Positions 1 through 8,813 of a stretch of 40,117 nt of DNA are shown in pieces (within the stretch, counting starts at the first letter, position 1; each line of letters begins with the position of its first letter). The stretch lies in IMG/VR virus record IMGVR_UViG_3300027744_001006, positions 1 to 40,117 of that record. One strand, given 5' to 3'. Position numbers and translations under genes: made by a program. The stretch is from a virus. Lineage: Duplodnaviria; Caudoviricetes. The notes beneath the pieces were generated by a model that was not told the DNA's origin, ran no database searches, and was given only the letters and a program-made list of their open reading frames with translations.

Positions 1-34
1 ATGTTTAGAATCCTAGATTGAGCAAATGCTCTAA

Positions 35-40
35 TATTTA
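35..40 (-). promoter_or_regulatory. TAAATA late-promoter-like box pointing out of the window (divergent partner of 65-70)
   Basis: tattta at 35-40 on + strand, intergenic; same motif as at other gene starts. Confidence 0.5.
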
Positions 41-64
41 GCCCAAAGTTTTATAAGCCGGATG

Positions 65-70
65 TAAATA
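65..70 (+). promoter_or_regulatory. TAAATA late-promoter-like box
   Basis: TAAATA-ctag-ATG(75), no SD. Confidence 0.6.
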
Positions 71-74
71 CTAG

Positions 75-362
75 ATGTTTCTCACAATCAAAACTCAACT
101 AAATCAATACTCTAGACTCAGTAAACACGGAGTCGAACATTTATACAAGAGAAAAAAGACTTTAGCGGTGTTGAGATGTGATGCCTGTGATAAACAGTTT
201 GAAAGAGATCTCAAACACATGGACAAGAAACGACTCAGCAACAATTTCTTTCATTGTTGTGGGTCTTGTGATGCCAAAAGATTTGCTCAACGCACAGGAG
301 TAGAGCAGAAGCAGATATGGAACATGCCTGCCAGTGTAGATTTACCTGTATCTAAATTCTAA
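75..362 (+). CDS. hypothetical protein with putative Zn-binding Cys motifs
   Basis: 95 aa ORF, CDAC ... CCGSC, preceded by TAAATA box. Confidence 0.65.
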   Translation: MFLTIKTQLNQYSRLSKHGVEHLYKRKKTLAVLRCDACDKQFERDLKHMDKKRLSNNFFHCCGSCDAKRFAQRTGVEQKQIWNMPASVDLPVSKF

Positions 363-678
363 ATGATTCGCCACAGCCGCAGCGATCTCGCTCGTTGGGA
401 TTGACAAAATCAAAGCCTTCATTGAGTCCATTGCGGACCCAATCCATAGTTAGCCCGTCTAAATAGGCTAGACTTTTTGCATCAACTAGCACAACGAATC
501 CTTCGTGTGCAAAATTAGTCACTCCTACTTCAGCTTCGTAACTGTCTACATATTCTAACACATATGCCAGACCACTACAACCTGTGGTTTTGACTCCAAT
601 ACGGATACCCACGCCCTGACCGCGTTTTGCTAAATTCTGTTTAATTCGTTTACTTGCTGTGTCGGTTACGGTAATCAT
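352..678 (-). CDS. iscA: iron-sulfur cluster assembly A-type carrier protein
   Basis: TTGCSG and CGCGESF motifs; start moved to MITVT (678) to match typical IscA N-terminus. Confidence 0.95.
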   Translation of the reverse strand: MITVTDTASKRIKQNLAKRGQGVGIRIGVKTTGCSGLAYVLEYVDSYEAEVGVTNFAHEGFVVLVDAKSLAYLDGLTMDWVRNGLNEGFDFVNPNERDRCGCGESFRI

Positions 679-1036
679 CAACGGCTGCCTTGATAGCATC
701 TTCTGCTAGTATACTACAATGTATCTTAACTGGAGGTAGGGCTAGTTCTTCGGCGATTTCGGAGTTTTTAATTGATCCTGCTTGGTCGATGTGCATGCCT
801 TTGACCCATTCTGTAACGAGACTCGAGCTTGCAATAGCCGATCCGCAGCCATACGTTTTAAATTTTGCATCTGTAATAATACCTGTATCATGGTCAACCT
901 TTATTTGCAATTTCATTACGTCGCCGCAAGCAGGTGCGCCAACCATACCAGTACCAATATCAGTATCAGTCTTGTCAAAAGATCCGACATTCCTGGGATT
1001 TTCATAGTGATCAATTACCTTGTCCGAGTACGCCAT
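650..1036 (-). CDS. iscU: Fe-S cluster scaffold protein
   Basis: DHYENPRNVG, GAPACGD, GCGSAIASSS, LPPVKIHC motifs. Confidence 0.97.
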   Translation of the reverse strand: MAYSDKVIDHYENPRNVGSFDKTDTDIGTGMVGAPACGDVMKLQIKVDHDTGIITDAKFKTYGCGSAIASSSLVTEWVKGMHIDQAGSIKNSEIAEELALPPVKIHCSILAEDAIKAAVDDYRNRHSK

Positions 1037-1568
1037 TTATTATTCTCCAATTTATTATCTTCCATATGTTAGACAAATAGCTTTTTTTATCTGCCTGATA
1101 GTCCAGTGCCCATGCATGTTCCCACCAATCCACTAATAACACAATATCGTTCCTGATTTCGTGGTTAACAATGGTCTTGATCTTGCCATCACGAGCCAAG
1201 TATGCCCATCCGCTGCCCTGTATTTTCATGGCTGTTTTTTCAAATTCTTCTTTGAAACGGTCGAACGTATCAAAATGCTTTTCTATAAACATCAAAGCAG
1301 CATCATAGGGCCTGTTGGATCCTTCTGGTTTTTGTAGTTGACCAAAATAGATATTATGTAAAAATGCACCAGCTTCGTTGAAATCGTCATCGCCTTCATT
1401 CTTGTTATATCGGTCAACGTAGGCCTTGTACAGGGTTCCGTAATGATAATCTACGGTGGCTTTGGATTTCACAGGATCGAGATCGTTGCGATCGTATGGC
1501 AATGTCAACTGTATGAGTTTGTCTTTTTTGCCTTCAACTATGAATTTTTGAATGAAATTGTATGCCAT
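1011..1568 (-). CDS. sod: Fe/Mn superoxide dismutase (compact form)
   Basis: LPY..L.P, metal ligands in DYHY, FLHN and DWWEHAW, GSGW motif. Confidence 0.9.
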   Translation of the reverse strand: MAYNFIQKFIVEGKKDKLIQLTLPYDRNDLDPVKSKATVDYHYGTLYKAYVDRYNKNEGDDDFNEAGAFLHNIYFGQLQKPEGSNRPYDAALMFIEKHFDTFDRFKEEFEKTAMKIQGSGWAYLARDGKIKTIVNHEIRNDIVLLVDWWEHAWALDYQADKKSYLSNIWKIINWRIINGVLGQGN

Positions 1569-1573
1569 ACATG

Positions 1574-1590
1574 TATTTACCGTATAAATA
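1574..1590. promoter_or_regulatory. back-to-back late-promoter-like boxes (TAAATA on - at 1574-1579; TATAAATA on + at 1583-1590)
   Basis: TATAAATA equals T4 late consensus; - strand box lies 5 nt before sod ATG. Confidence 0.7.
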
Positions 1591-1610
1591 ACCTACAAGG
1601 AGATTTTAAT

Positions 1611-1850
1611 ATGCTAGGATTAATCAAGAAACTTTTTGGCAGTACACCGGCCGAACCTGTTGCAGTTCCCTACAAGGTAGAAACTCCACCAGTTGAAGCC
1701 GCACCGCCTTTAGTTGAACCAACAGCGGCAGAAGTTAGTGCTGAAAACAAAGCGGTGGCAGTGGCCAAAGCCAAACGAGCACCTGCGAAAAAAGCACCAA
1801 TTAAGAAAGCAGCAGCGCCGAAGGCTCCACGCAAGCCAAAGACTCCGTAA
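1611..1850 (+). CDS. small Pro/Ala/Lys-rich protein with histone H1-like basic tail
   Basis: AGGAG SD then ATG at 1611; KAKRAPAKKAPIKKAAAPKAPRKPK tail; start corrected from 1443. Confidence 0.75.
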   Translation: MLGLIKKLFGSTPAEPVAVPYKVETPPVEAAPPLVEPTAAEVSAENKAVAVAKAKRAPAKKAPIKKAAAPKAPRKPKTP

Positions 1851-2862
1851 CCTTTTTGGCTTGCTCGTATAGAGCAAACGAAGACAGGTTCTTGGCCTTG
1901 CTTTCACACATGATGTCTGCCCACGACCTATGCGTCAGTGCCCAAGAATTAACTGCGGTATTCCAATAAAAGCCACTGTGTGCTCTCAGTTTGCCTTTTT
2001 TGTAACCCTGCTCTAGGAGGGACGGAAGATCGGGACGGATGTGTCCGGAATGGTCAATAAGACAGTCTTCCCGTGATACACTATAATGTATAACAGGCCG
2101 CACACCCCGCCAGCTATCAGTAATCCGCTTAACACGGTCGTCAGTTGCTTCAATGTATTCTCCAGTTTTAATCCAATGATGATGAATGTCCAGCACTAGG
2201 GCACAGTCCTTGACCAACTCAATACTGGAGTCAATGCCCCAGGTCATTTCGTCATTCTCGATGGTAAGACAGTTGCGAGCTTCAGGTGTCATTTTGCTGA
2301 GAGCATCACGAACACCTTGTGGACCCAGCTTGCCGGAGATATGCACATTGATCTTAAAGTCCTGGAATGTTTTACCAAAACCCATCCAACGAGCCATGTC
2401 CACATGATACTCGAACTCTTCTATACTGCGTTCTACGATTCCCGGGTTAATAGAAGCCAACACGCAAAACTGGCCAGGATGAAAGCTGAGCCTAACATTA
2501 TTCTTGCGAGCCACATCACCCACTCGGGCAAATCCTTTTTCTGCAAAGGCTCTAACATCGGGCTGCCGCCAAAACCACTTCCAACTAGGCTCAGTGTATA
2601 CAGGAAGTATATCACTTGAGAGTCGTACCATTCTAAGATTTTCATCTAGTGTTCCTACCCTGCTGACTAATTTGTAGCAGGCTTCTATGTTTCGTTCCAT
2701 CAAGTCCCAAAGTCGCTGTTCTGCTTCTTGGGGATGTTCACGCAACCACCTAACTGTGGTAGCGCCTGTATTTAAGTCGCGGTCTTTGGCATTGATCTTC
2801 ATGCCGTTGACTTCTTCAGGATCGTTAATCCATTTGCAGGCAAAGCCTATGCGTTTAATCAT
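1801..2862 (-). CDS. uvsE: UV damage endonuclease (UvsE/UvdE family)
   Basis: RIGFAC, RLSSD, RLSFHPGQF, IENDE, LDIHHH, HYS, AHS, MCESKAK motifs. Confidence 0.92.
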   Translation of the reverse strand: MIKRIGFACKWINDPEEVNGMKINAKDRDLNTGATTVRWLREHPQEAEQRLWDLMERNIEACYKLVSRVGTLDENLRMVRLSSDILPVYTEPSWKWFWRQPDVRAFAEKGFARVGDVARKNNVRLSFHPGQFCVLASINPGIVERSIEEFEYHVDMARWMGFGKTFQDFKINVHISGKLGPQGVRDALSKMTPEARNCLTIENDEMTWGIDSSIELVKDCALVLDIHHHWIKTGEYIEATDDRVKRITDSWRGVRPVIHYSVSREDCLIDHSGHIRPDLPSLLEQGYKKGKLRAHSGFYWNTAVNSWALTHRSWADIMCESKAKNLSSFALYEQAKKVTESLACVEPSALLLS

Positions 2863-3040
2863 TTAGATAATCCTGTTTTAAATAACTCATTACTCGTTGT
2901 TGGTCGTCTCTGATATACATCATTGATAGATTCATCATTTGATAAGCGTGGTCAAGGTCGGCCGGTATAACCAAAGTACGACCTTCGTATAGGTCTTGCA
3001 ACTTTGTTCGGCATTCGTTGTCAGAGTATGGAATGTTCAT
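2855..3040 (-). CDS. hypothetical protein
   Basis: 61 aa ORF, ATG 6 nt after a sigma70 -10 box, overlaps uvsE start. Confidence 0.6.
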   Translation of the reverse strand: MNIPYSDNECRTKLQDLYEGRTLVIPADLDHAYQMMNLSMMYIRDDQQRVMSYLKQDYLND

Positions 3041-3046
3041 ACTACA

Positions 3047-3075
3047 AGTATAACACCATCACTGCCAGTTGTCAA
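3047..3075 (-). promoter_or_regulatory. sigma70-type promoter
   Basis: TTGACA-17nt-TATACT with TG before the -10. Confidence 0.8.
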
Positions 3076-3865
3076 CGACAAATTTGTCCTGAACGTCCTG
3101 CGGATTCGGTTCTCCGTGGAACACAGCTATACTACATTCTTGATGCGGTCTGATATCATTTCGAACAGTTTTGAACTGGCGCTTACCATTCGCAACAGTG
3201 AGTTCGTCTCTGCTGCGTATTTCCCATTTGTAACTCATGACCCATTCTTTGGGCCAGAATTTAATTTTATCTTTGCATAGTTTCCAAATCCAATCTTGAT
3301 CTCCTTGAAGCCGCTGTGCATCTGAGGGTTTTTGTTTGAACTGCTCATAGATGTAGCTCTGTGTTCCGTGAGTCCAAGCTAACACAGAACTGTTGAGGTA
3401 GTTCCACGATGGATGGAATTTTCTATTGAAATCGTGAATACCTACAAAGCTGTTGGGATGATATCCAGTGAGCTTGTCCATGTTGGCATGAATGACCACA
3501 TCAAGATCGAGATATAGTATTCTTCCTTTAAGAGGCAAGGTAGAATCAAACATGTGAACCTTGTGCCACCATCCTCTAGCATAGTTGGCATTTGGTTGAT
3601 ATATTTTGCGTACTCCGGGGATGTCGTGTTGATCGTCAGTGAGGCAGGCAAATTCATAGGGCACCGTGAGATGCCTTGACACCATGTTGCGCAACCTTTC
3701 TACATACTCTCTGCCATACTTGTTGCCGAATCTCACGCACAGCACAGTAATAGGATCGCTGGGATCTGAAGGCACTACTAGATCGGAATATTCTCCACGT
3801 GCTGCCATTTTGGCAGCTCTCTTTTCAGCCTTGGCTTGTCGGCTTTGTTCTTTTGACAATTCCAT
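3059..3865 (-). CDS. GT-A fold glycosyltransferase-like protein
   Basis: [25 protein letters not shown] (DxD), [18 protein letters not shown]. Confidence 0.8.
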   Translation of the reverse strand: MELSKEQSRQAKAEKRAAKMAARGEYSDLVVPSDPSDPITVLCVRFGNKYGREYVERLRNMVSRHLTVPYEFACLTDDQHDIPGVRKIYQPNANYARGWWHKVHMFDSTLPLKGRILYLDLDVVIHANMDKLTGYHPNSFVGIHDFNRKFHPSWNYLNSSVLAWTHGTQSYIYEQFKQKPSDAQRLQGDQDWIWKLCKDKIKFWPKEWVMSYKWEIRSRDELTVANGKRQFKTVRNDIRPHQECSIAVFHGEPNPQDVQDKFVVDNWQ

Positions 3866-4670
3866 CTATGGCAACCAATTGTTCTAATATTTCTGAGAGA
3901 TCATCTAACTTGATCATGTTAGGACCGTCGCTGGGTGCGTTATCTGGATCTTCGTGACATTCCATAAACAAAGTTGATACACACCCTGTGGCTATAGCAG
4001 CTCTCGCCAAGTACGGGACCATGGTCCTATCGCCTCCAGATCTTTCTCCCATTCCTCCAGGCTGTTGAACAGAATGTGTGGCATCAAAGACCACTGGATA
4101 GCCAGTGCTTGCCATAATAGGTAGACTGCGCATGTCAACCACAAGATTATTGTATCCATGAGTGTATCCTCTTTCGCATAACATGATGCGTTCATTACCA
4201 GTTGAAGCAATCTTTGCAGCAACGTTCTTCATATCGTGGGGAGCAAGAAACTGCCCTTTTTTCACATTGATAGCACAGCCTGTGACACCTGCCGCTAACA
4301 ATAGATCGGTTTGTCTGCAGAGAAATGCTGGAATTTGCAAGACATCTATGCCAGCTGTAGCACACAACTCTGCCTGATAGCTTTCGTGGATGTCAGTTAA
4401 AACTGGCACTCCCAACCGATGTTTAACGGTATTGAGAATCGTTAAACCTTGATCAATCCCAATACCTCGTCGAGTTGATATACTGGATCTGTTGGCCTTG
4501 TCAAAGCTGCTTTTATAGATAAACTTGATCCCTAAACGGTCACAGGTTTCTTTTATACGGTGTGCAGTTTCGAGTGTGTGATCTAGACTTTCAATTTGAC
4601 AAGGGCCACCAATTAATACCAAGGGTTCGTTGTTTCCTAATTTTATATTATGAATGTTAAAGTTTTTCAT
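3825..4670 (-). CDS. kdsA: KDO 8-phosphate synthase
   Basis: [53 protein letters not shown]. Confidence 0.96.
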   Translation of the reverse strand: MKNFNIHNIKLGNNEPLVLIGGPCQIESLDHTLETAHRIKETCDRLGIKFIYKSSFDKANRSSISTRRGIGIDQGLTILNTVKHRLGVPVLTDIHESYQAELCATAGIDVLQIPAFLCRQTDLLLAAGVTGCAINVKKGQFLAPHDMKNVAAKIASTGNERIMLCERGYTHGYNNLVVDMRSLPIMASTGYPVVFDATHSVQQPGGMGERSGGDRTMVPYLARAAIATGCVSTLFMECHEDPDNAPSDGPNMIKLDDLSEILEQLVAIDGIVKRTKPTSQG

Positions 4671-4695
4671 GTCTCGCTACCAATTATTGCAATCT

Positions 4696-5292
4696 TCATT
4701 GTTTGTTATCCTGTTCAAAATAAAAATTAATATTAATAAACATCCTGTGAGAGTTTTTAGGAACACTTCCAGCATGATATTGTAGTCCATCAAATATAAT
4801 ACATTTATTTTTTTTAGGAGTTATTCGTTGACTGATAGTCTTTTTGCTATTATCGATTGTTCCAGTATGTTTCTCATTAAACAATATTGTATCACCGTCG
4901 CTATCACTTACATAGTATATCATGACCATATGAGGGTTAGCATAATCTGTATGAGGACCCTGATAAAAATCTCCAAAGGTTGGATTTTTATACAATAATA
5001 CAGCCCTTGAACGTTCGACTTCTTTTACTGTCTTAGCAGTATGTTGTTCCATTGCACCTATTAATGAACGAATAATTCCAGCATGCGGACATACCAATTG
5101 TTTATTATGTACAAACATATGCATAAATCCGTCAGAGTCTTTAATTTTAGGATCATTAGCTACTGCCTCATCATTGACACAGTTGCCTGATACTGAATGT
5201 ATATATACCCAATTAAAATCTGTAGATAACATAAAATTTTCAATATTATTAGCAGTTGCATTATCTAATAAATTGTCAATTTCTAAAATCAT
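4696..5292 (-). CDS. 2OG-Fe(II) oxygenase superfamily protein
   Basis: PHTD ... YYV.DSDGDT ... FDG..YH ... R..ININ. Confidence 0.8.
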   Translation of the reverse strand: MILEIDNLLDNATANNIENFMLSTDFNWVYIHSVSGNCVNDEAVANDPKIKDSDGFMHMFVHNKQLVCPHAGIIRSLIGAMEQHTAKTVKEVERSRAVLLYKNPTFGDFYQGPHTDYANPHMVMIYYVSDSDGDTILFNEKHTGTIDNSKKTISQRITPKKNKCIIFDGLQYHAGSVPKNSHRMFININFYFEQDNKQ

Positions 5293-5354
5293 TGTAATCT
5301 ATCTCTTAATAATATAATTCTTTCGACAGTATGTTTAGTGTTAAATGTACGCAT
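5289..5354 (-). CDS. putative 21-aa mini-ORF MRTFNTKHTVERIILLRDRLQ
   Basis: ATG 5 nt after TAAATA (5360-5365); stop overlaps oxygenase start (ATGA); below ORF-track cutoff. Confidence 0.35.
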   Translation of the reverse strand: MRTFNTKHTVERIILLRDRLQ

Positions 5355-5359
5355 ATTAT

Positions 5360-5365
5360 TATTTA
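5360..5365 (-). promoter_or_regulatory. TAAATA late-promoter-like box
   Basis: TAAATA-ataat-ATG; overlaps stop of upstream gene. Confidence 0.5.
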
Positions 5366-5554
5366 CCAATGCCTAATGGTATTGGCAATAATAAAGCAAC
5401 AGGTTATGACATGGATTATAACCCAGAATGTTTTAAAGAACAAAGCCCAACGGGCTTCTTTCATTGTTAGTATTGGGACATCTGGACGATCCTCATCGGA
5501 CTGTCCTATTAAATGCCCGGTTGCCCGGGCCCAAATCTTTTCTATAGTGTTCAT
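5363..5554 (-). CDS. small membrane protein
   Basis: 63 aa, C-terminal hydrophobic helix, TAATG-coupled to queD. Confidence 0.7.
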   Translation of the reverse strand: MNTIEKIWARATGHLIGQSDEDRPDVPILTMKEARWALFFKTFWVIIHVITCCFIIANTIRHW

Positions 5555-6003
5555 TAAACCTCATAGATTGCACTATTGGCTCCATGTTCTGCGCACTCAA
5601 CTCGTACGCAATAACAACGATTGCCAGTCTTGTCACGTATCAGTGCGTCAGCAAACATGAATGCATGCTCTGCAAACTTCTCTGCACCCACTCCATCAAA
5701 GATTCTAATCTCTGCTAGGTCCAGTGCTTCTAGTTCTTGGAATTTAGCCAGGTGTGGATCCGCTTTATCCAAAGCTAACTTGTGATCAAAGTGATCTTCC
5801 AGCCATGCTTTCAGCGGTTTAAGTCCACCAAAGTCTACTGCCCAGTTTTTGTTGTCTAGTGTGTCACAGCCAAATGTGAATGTAAACGCTAGACTGTAAC
5901 CGTGTAGTAGATGACAGTGACTGTGATCTGCATTAGGTTGACGGAATACTGCTGACAGACCAATATTGTGTCCGTAATGTTTTGTTGAAAGAAATTTTGC
6001 CAT
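5554..6003 (-). CDS. queD: 6-carboxytetrahydropterin synthase / 6-pyruvoyl tetrahydropterin synthase family
   Basis: HCHLLHGYS, VDFG.LK, FDHK, AE, final E motif; AGGAG SD before ATG 6003. Confidence 0.88.
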   Translation of the reverse strand: MAKFLSTKHYGHNIGLSAVFRQPNADHSHCHLLHGYSLAFTFTFGCDTLDNKNWAVDFGGLKPLKAWLEDHFDHKLALDKADPHLAKFQELEALDLAEIRIFDGVGAEKFAEHAFMFADALIRDKTGNRCYCVRVECAEHGANSAIYEV

Positions 6004-6035
6004 CTCTAGTCTCCTTTTTGTAGGTAGCAAGTTTG

Positions 6036-6080
6036 ATGACTGCAGAGTGTTTAGAGAGGGATGATGCCATAGAGTCCTCT
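6036..6080 (-). ncRNA. preQ1-I riboswitch-like H-type pseudoknot in queD leader
   Basis: AGAGG-16nt loop-CCUCU stem, then CUAAACA; loop AUGGC can pair with downstream GUCAU; sits between promoter and SD of queD. Confidence 0.5.
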
Positions 6081-6098
6081 TTGTGTGTGTATTGTAAT

Positions 6099-6127
6099 AG
6101 TATACTACATCTCTATTTATAATGCAA
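6099..6127 (-). promoter_or_regulatory. nested sigma70 promoter and T4-late-type box for queD
   Basis: TTGCAT-17nt-TATACT; the spacer contains TATAAATA (6114-6121). Confidence 0.65.
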
Positions 6128-6710
6128 TGAATTCCACATTATTTTTCCGCCATTCCGGTGGCATCTTCCAATCCTGTCTATTATAGATAACAAATGTTGT
6201 ATTGGGATAATGTATGAATACTGATTCGATCTGGTAGACCCAATAGCTGGGATCTACTGCCTGTGATCCTGATCTAGCATAGTTCACGGTGCCTTTGTAG
6301 ATGTTGTTCACACTATGATCGATTGGATACAGATCAAATCCGATCATTGCAACTTCTTGGTGACCTAACACAGCTGCCAACAGCACAGCGTATCCGCCGC
6401 TGCCCCAATGTTCGGCTTGATCTCTTTTCAATTCACCTCGAGTGGGAACTTCGGGTAGAAGGTTGATGTTTTTGTTTTTTCTTATTTTTCTAAAGTAGTG
6501 ATGCCAATGATCACGCACATAGATTTCTGTGTCTTTGGTACTAGGATTGTTTACAGCTTCTTCGGCCATTCTACGATCACAGCAGATCAAATGATTGACA
6601 TTGAGATCTCTGTGTATGGCATTACAACCTATAAGAACATGATTAGTGTATGTGTTGACGTCAACATGGCGTCTACTTTCGCCATTGCCAACTACCAATG
6701 CTCGAGGCAT
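6117..6710 (-). CDS. Cst-II/MAF/DUF115-like Rossmann protein, putative CMP-ulosonic acid transferase
   Basis: VVGNGES, GCN, SGGYAVLLAAVLGHQEVAMIGFDLY resemble the GNGPS..CN..SG.Y...A..LGY.EI...G.DFY pattern. Confidence 0.55.
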   Translation of the reverse strand: MPRALVVGNGESRRHVDVNTYTNHVLIGCNAIHRDLNVNHLICCDRRMAEEAVNNPSTKDTEIYVRDHWHHYFRKIRKNKNINLLPEVPTRGELKRDQAEHWGSGGYAVLLAAVLGHQEVAMIGFDLYPIDHSVNNIYKGTVNYARSGSQAVDPSYWVYQIESVFIHYPNTTFVIYNRQDWKMPPEWRKNNVEFIAL

Positions 6711-7561
6711 TAATCGATTCTACCGAATCCGTTCCATATCCCAGGGTTACCTGACTGCACACATATCCATCCAACATGTTTGCCAGCCTGTGGGTTGTCA
6801 TTCCAACATACATCACCTTTGGTATAAGAATTCATAAGCGGTGCTTGATCAGCACTAAAATGCAGTTTGTCGTTGAATTTCAGTGCGCCATTGACATGAA
6901 GAGCACTGCGTTGATCAGGAGTTTGGGTGTTTACACCAACCAACCCCATTATTGATACTTTGTGATATCCGGAGTTTGTATTACCTATTACGATATTTCC
7001 GTCGGGCAACATGCTGATTCTTGCAGTATTATTTGTACCAATATCAAGAGAGTGCCCGCTAAATGTTCCTATAAATGCTCTAGTAGTGTCCGGCGCCCCT
7101 ATCACTATTTCAACATCGTTGTCAACTATGCTTACGGCTGAGTTCGGAGCATCAGTGCCCAGTCCTAGTCTATTTGTATTGGCATCAAATACAAGGAATT
7201 GACTTACAGATAACCCACCATCAATTATAAGTCCTTTAAGATGCCCGACCTCTCGCAAATTACTTTTTGTGATTGTAGGGCCTAACTCTTTTTCATCAAT
7301 TAGTTTTACATTATTAATTGATAGTGTTTTACCTCGGGCTAGATCTATGTTTTCAGATACGAAAAATCTGTCAGGATTCGAATAGTAAACGAGCTGTTTA
7401 GTGTGTCCCTGACCGCTCCAAATAACACCTTTGCCTTCAATATCACTGCGAAATTCTAAGAACTTGCCTATATCTTGTGTAGTCCGTGCATAGGCTGAGA
7501 TTATAAGTTTGAATGCTTCGTCTAGATCAGTAAGCGGGAGATTAACTTTTGTATTGTCCAT
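6710..7561 (-). CDS. putative virion structural / fibre-like protein
   Basis: RLGLGTDAP and VGVNTQTP..ALHVNG beta-repeat-like segments, C-terminal GDVCWN...GWIC...G.W; ATG 5 nt after TAAATA. Confidence 0.55.
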   Translation of the reverse strand: MDNTKVNLPLTDLDEAFKLIISAYARTTQDIGKFLEFRSDIEGKGVIWSGQGHTKQLVYYSNPDRFFVSENIDLARGKTLSINNVKLIDEKELGPTITKSNLREVGHLKGLIIDGGLSVSQFLVFDANTNRLGLGTDAPNSAVSIVDNDVEIVIGAPDTTRAFIGTFSGHSLDIGTNNTARISMLPDGNIVIGNTNSGYHKVSIMGLVGVNTQTPDQRSALHVNGALKFNDKLHFSADQAPLMNSYTKGDVCWNDNPQAGKHVGWICVQSGNPGIWNGFGRID

Positions 7562-7566
7562 ACAAA

Positions 7567-7572
7567 TATTTA
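7567..7572 (-). promoter_or_regulatory. TAAATA late-promoter-like box
   Basis: TAAATA-tttgt-ATG(7561). Confidence 0.65.
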
Positions 7573-7577
7573 TCAAA

Positions 7578-8753
7578 TCAACTTACTTTCAGCAGTATGG
7601 TCTCTTCATTTATTCTACCGTTCAGCTTGATATCCACAGCTTTGATATCGTCTAGGAACTTGCGTAACTGCACTTTGCCCGCAGCCTTGAACTCTTTGAG
7701 CTGTTCTTCAGGCTTGCGCAGGGTTTTCTGAACGCTTTTTATTGGATCAAACCCAATGACTGTGGTGCCTTTGACTCCGAGATCGTTGAATTCAGCAGCC
7801 ACATACTTGCCCAATTTGCGTGACTTAACATTATAGATCCACAGTTCCTTGACGCCGATGATATCTTGTGGGTTGATAGATACCAATTTAAGTTTTTCGT
7901 CCTGCTTGAGGTACTTCATCTTGGCCACGACCTTGGTCTTGTCAGTGGGCTTCTTGGCACGAGGCTTTTTATTAACCTTGGCTTCTTGTGCTAACATATC
8001 ACAGGCTGACAGGATTTCGCTGTAGAACAGCGTGATCTTCTTCAGGTCGGCCTTGCTCAAATGACTGTAGCCTTCTTTCAACTGTTCGTCTTTGGTAGTA
8101 GCTGCTTCTACCAATTCGTCGTAGGTTCGACTGTATAATGTTTTAATAACACGAGCGTGAGCAGCCTTGGCCTGACGACCCCGCAGTAGATTTAGAAGTT
8201 TAAATGCTTTTGGATCAAAAGATTCTGGATCTGTTTGAAAAACCTCAATGGCATCTTCAATTTCTTCAGTCATGCCTAGTGCAACTTCACGTAATCGTTC
8301 TTGAATGCTAGGAGTATACACTGCGGGCTTGATTTCTACCACGCCTTCTTCAGATTCAACTTCGTCGTGTTTGCCCTCGTCGATGATCTTGGCAATACTC
8401 TTGCTTAACCATTCTGCAGTATTACGACCTTCATTGAAGTCTGCTCTCACTGCAGGCATACCTCTAAGTAGATTGGCAGCGATAGCACCTACAGTAGCGC
8501 CGCAACGATTGTCTTTGGTATCTTTGAACGCTTTAATAATATCTTTTGGATAGCCCTGATCGCTCATCCAATTAATAACTTTAGGTTTGAGTTCTTTGCC
8601 GCTGGTTTCTAGACGATAATAATTCATTGACAGTCGGAAGTGTCGACTAAATTGATCAGCAGTGAAGGTTTCGTGATCGTCCCATTTCGGACTTAGGTCA
8701 CGTCCTCGATTTTGGCGGATAGCAATACTTGCTTTTTTCAGTTTGGTTACCAT
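7578..8753 (-). CDS. hypothetical protein (basic, probably early-expressed)
   Basis: 391 aa ORF, AGGAG SD, consensus sigma70 promoter upstream. Confidence 0.8.
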   Translation of the reverse strand: MVTKLKKASIAIRQNRGRDLSPKWDDHETFTADQFSRHFRLSMNYYRLETSGKELKPKVINWMSDQGYPKDIIKAFKDTKDNRCGATVGAIAANLLRGMPAVRADFNEGRNTAEWLSKSIAKIIDEGKHDEVESEEGVVEIKPAVYTPSIQERLREVALGMTEEIEDAIEVFQTDPESFDPKAFKLLNLLRGRQAKAAHARVIKTLYSRTYDELVEAATTKDEQLKEGYSHLSKADLKKITLFYSEILSACDMLAQEAKVNKKPRAKKPTDKTKVVAKMKYLKQDEKLKLVSINPQDIIGVKELWIYNVKSRKLGKYVAAEFNDLGVKGTTVIGFDPIKSVQKTLRKPEEQLKEFKAAGKVQLRKFLDDIKAVDIKLNGRINEETILLKVS

Positions 8754-8784
8754 TTAGTCACTCCTGTTGTTAAACAATACATAT

Positions 8785-8813
8785 ATTATAGCACCAAACT
8801 GTGTGTTTGTCAA
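8785..8813 (-). promoter_or_regulatory. consensus sigma70 promoter
   Basis: TTGACA-17nt-TATAAT with extended -10 TG. Confidence 0.88.

Noticed and set aside
5514-5533. GC-rich gcccggttgcccgggccc patch
   Set aside because: It lies inside a coding region (WARATGH) and is explained by codon content.
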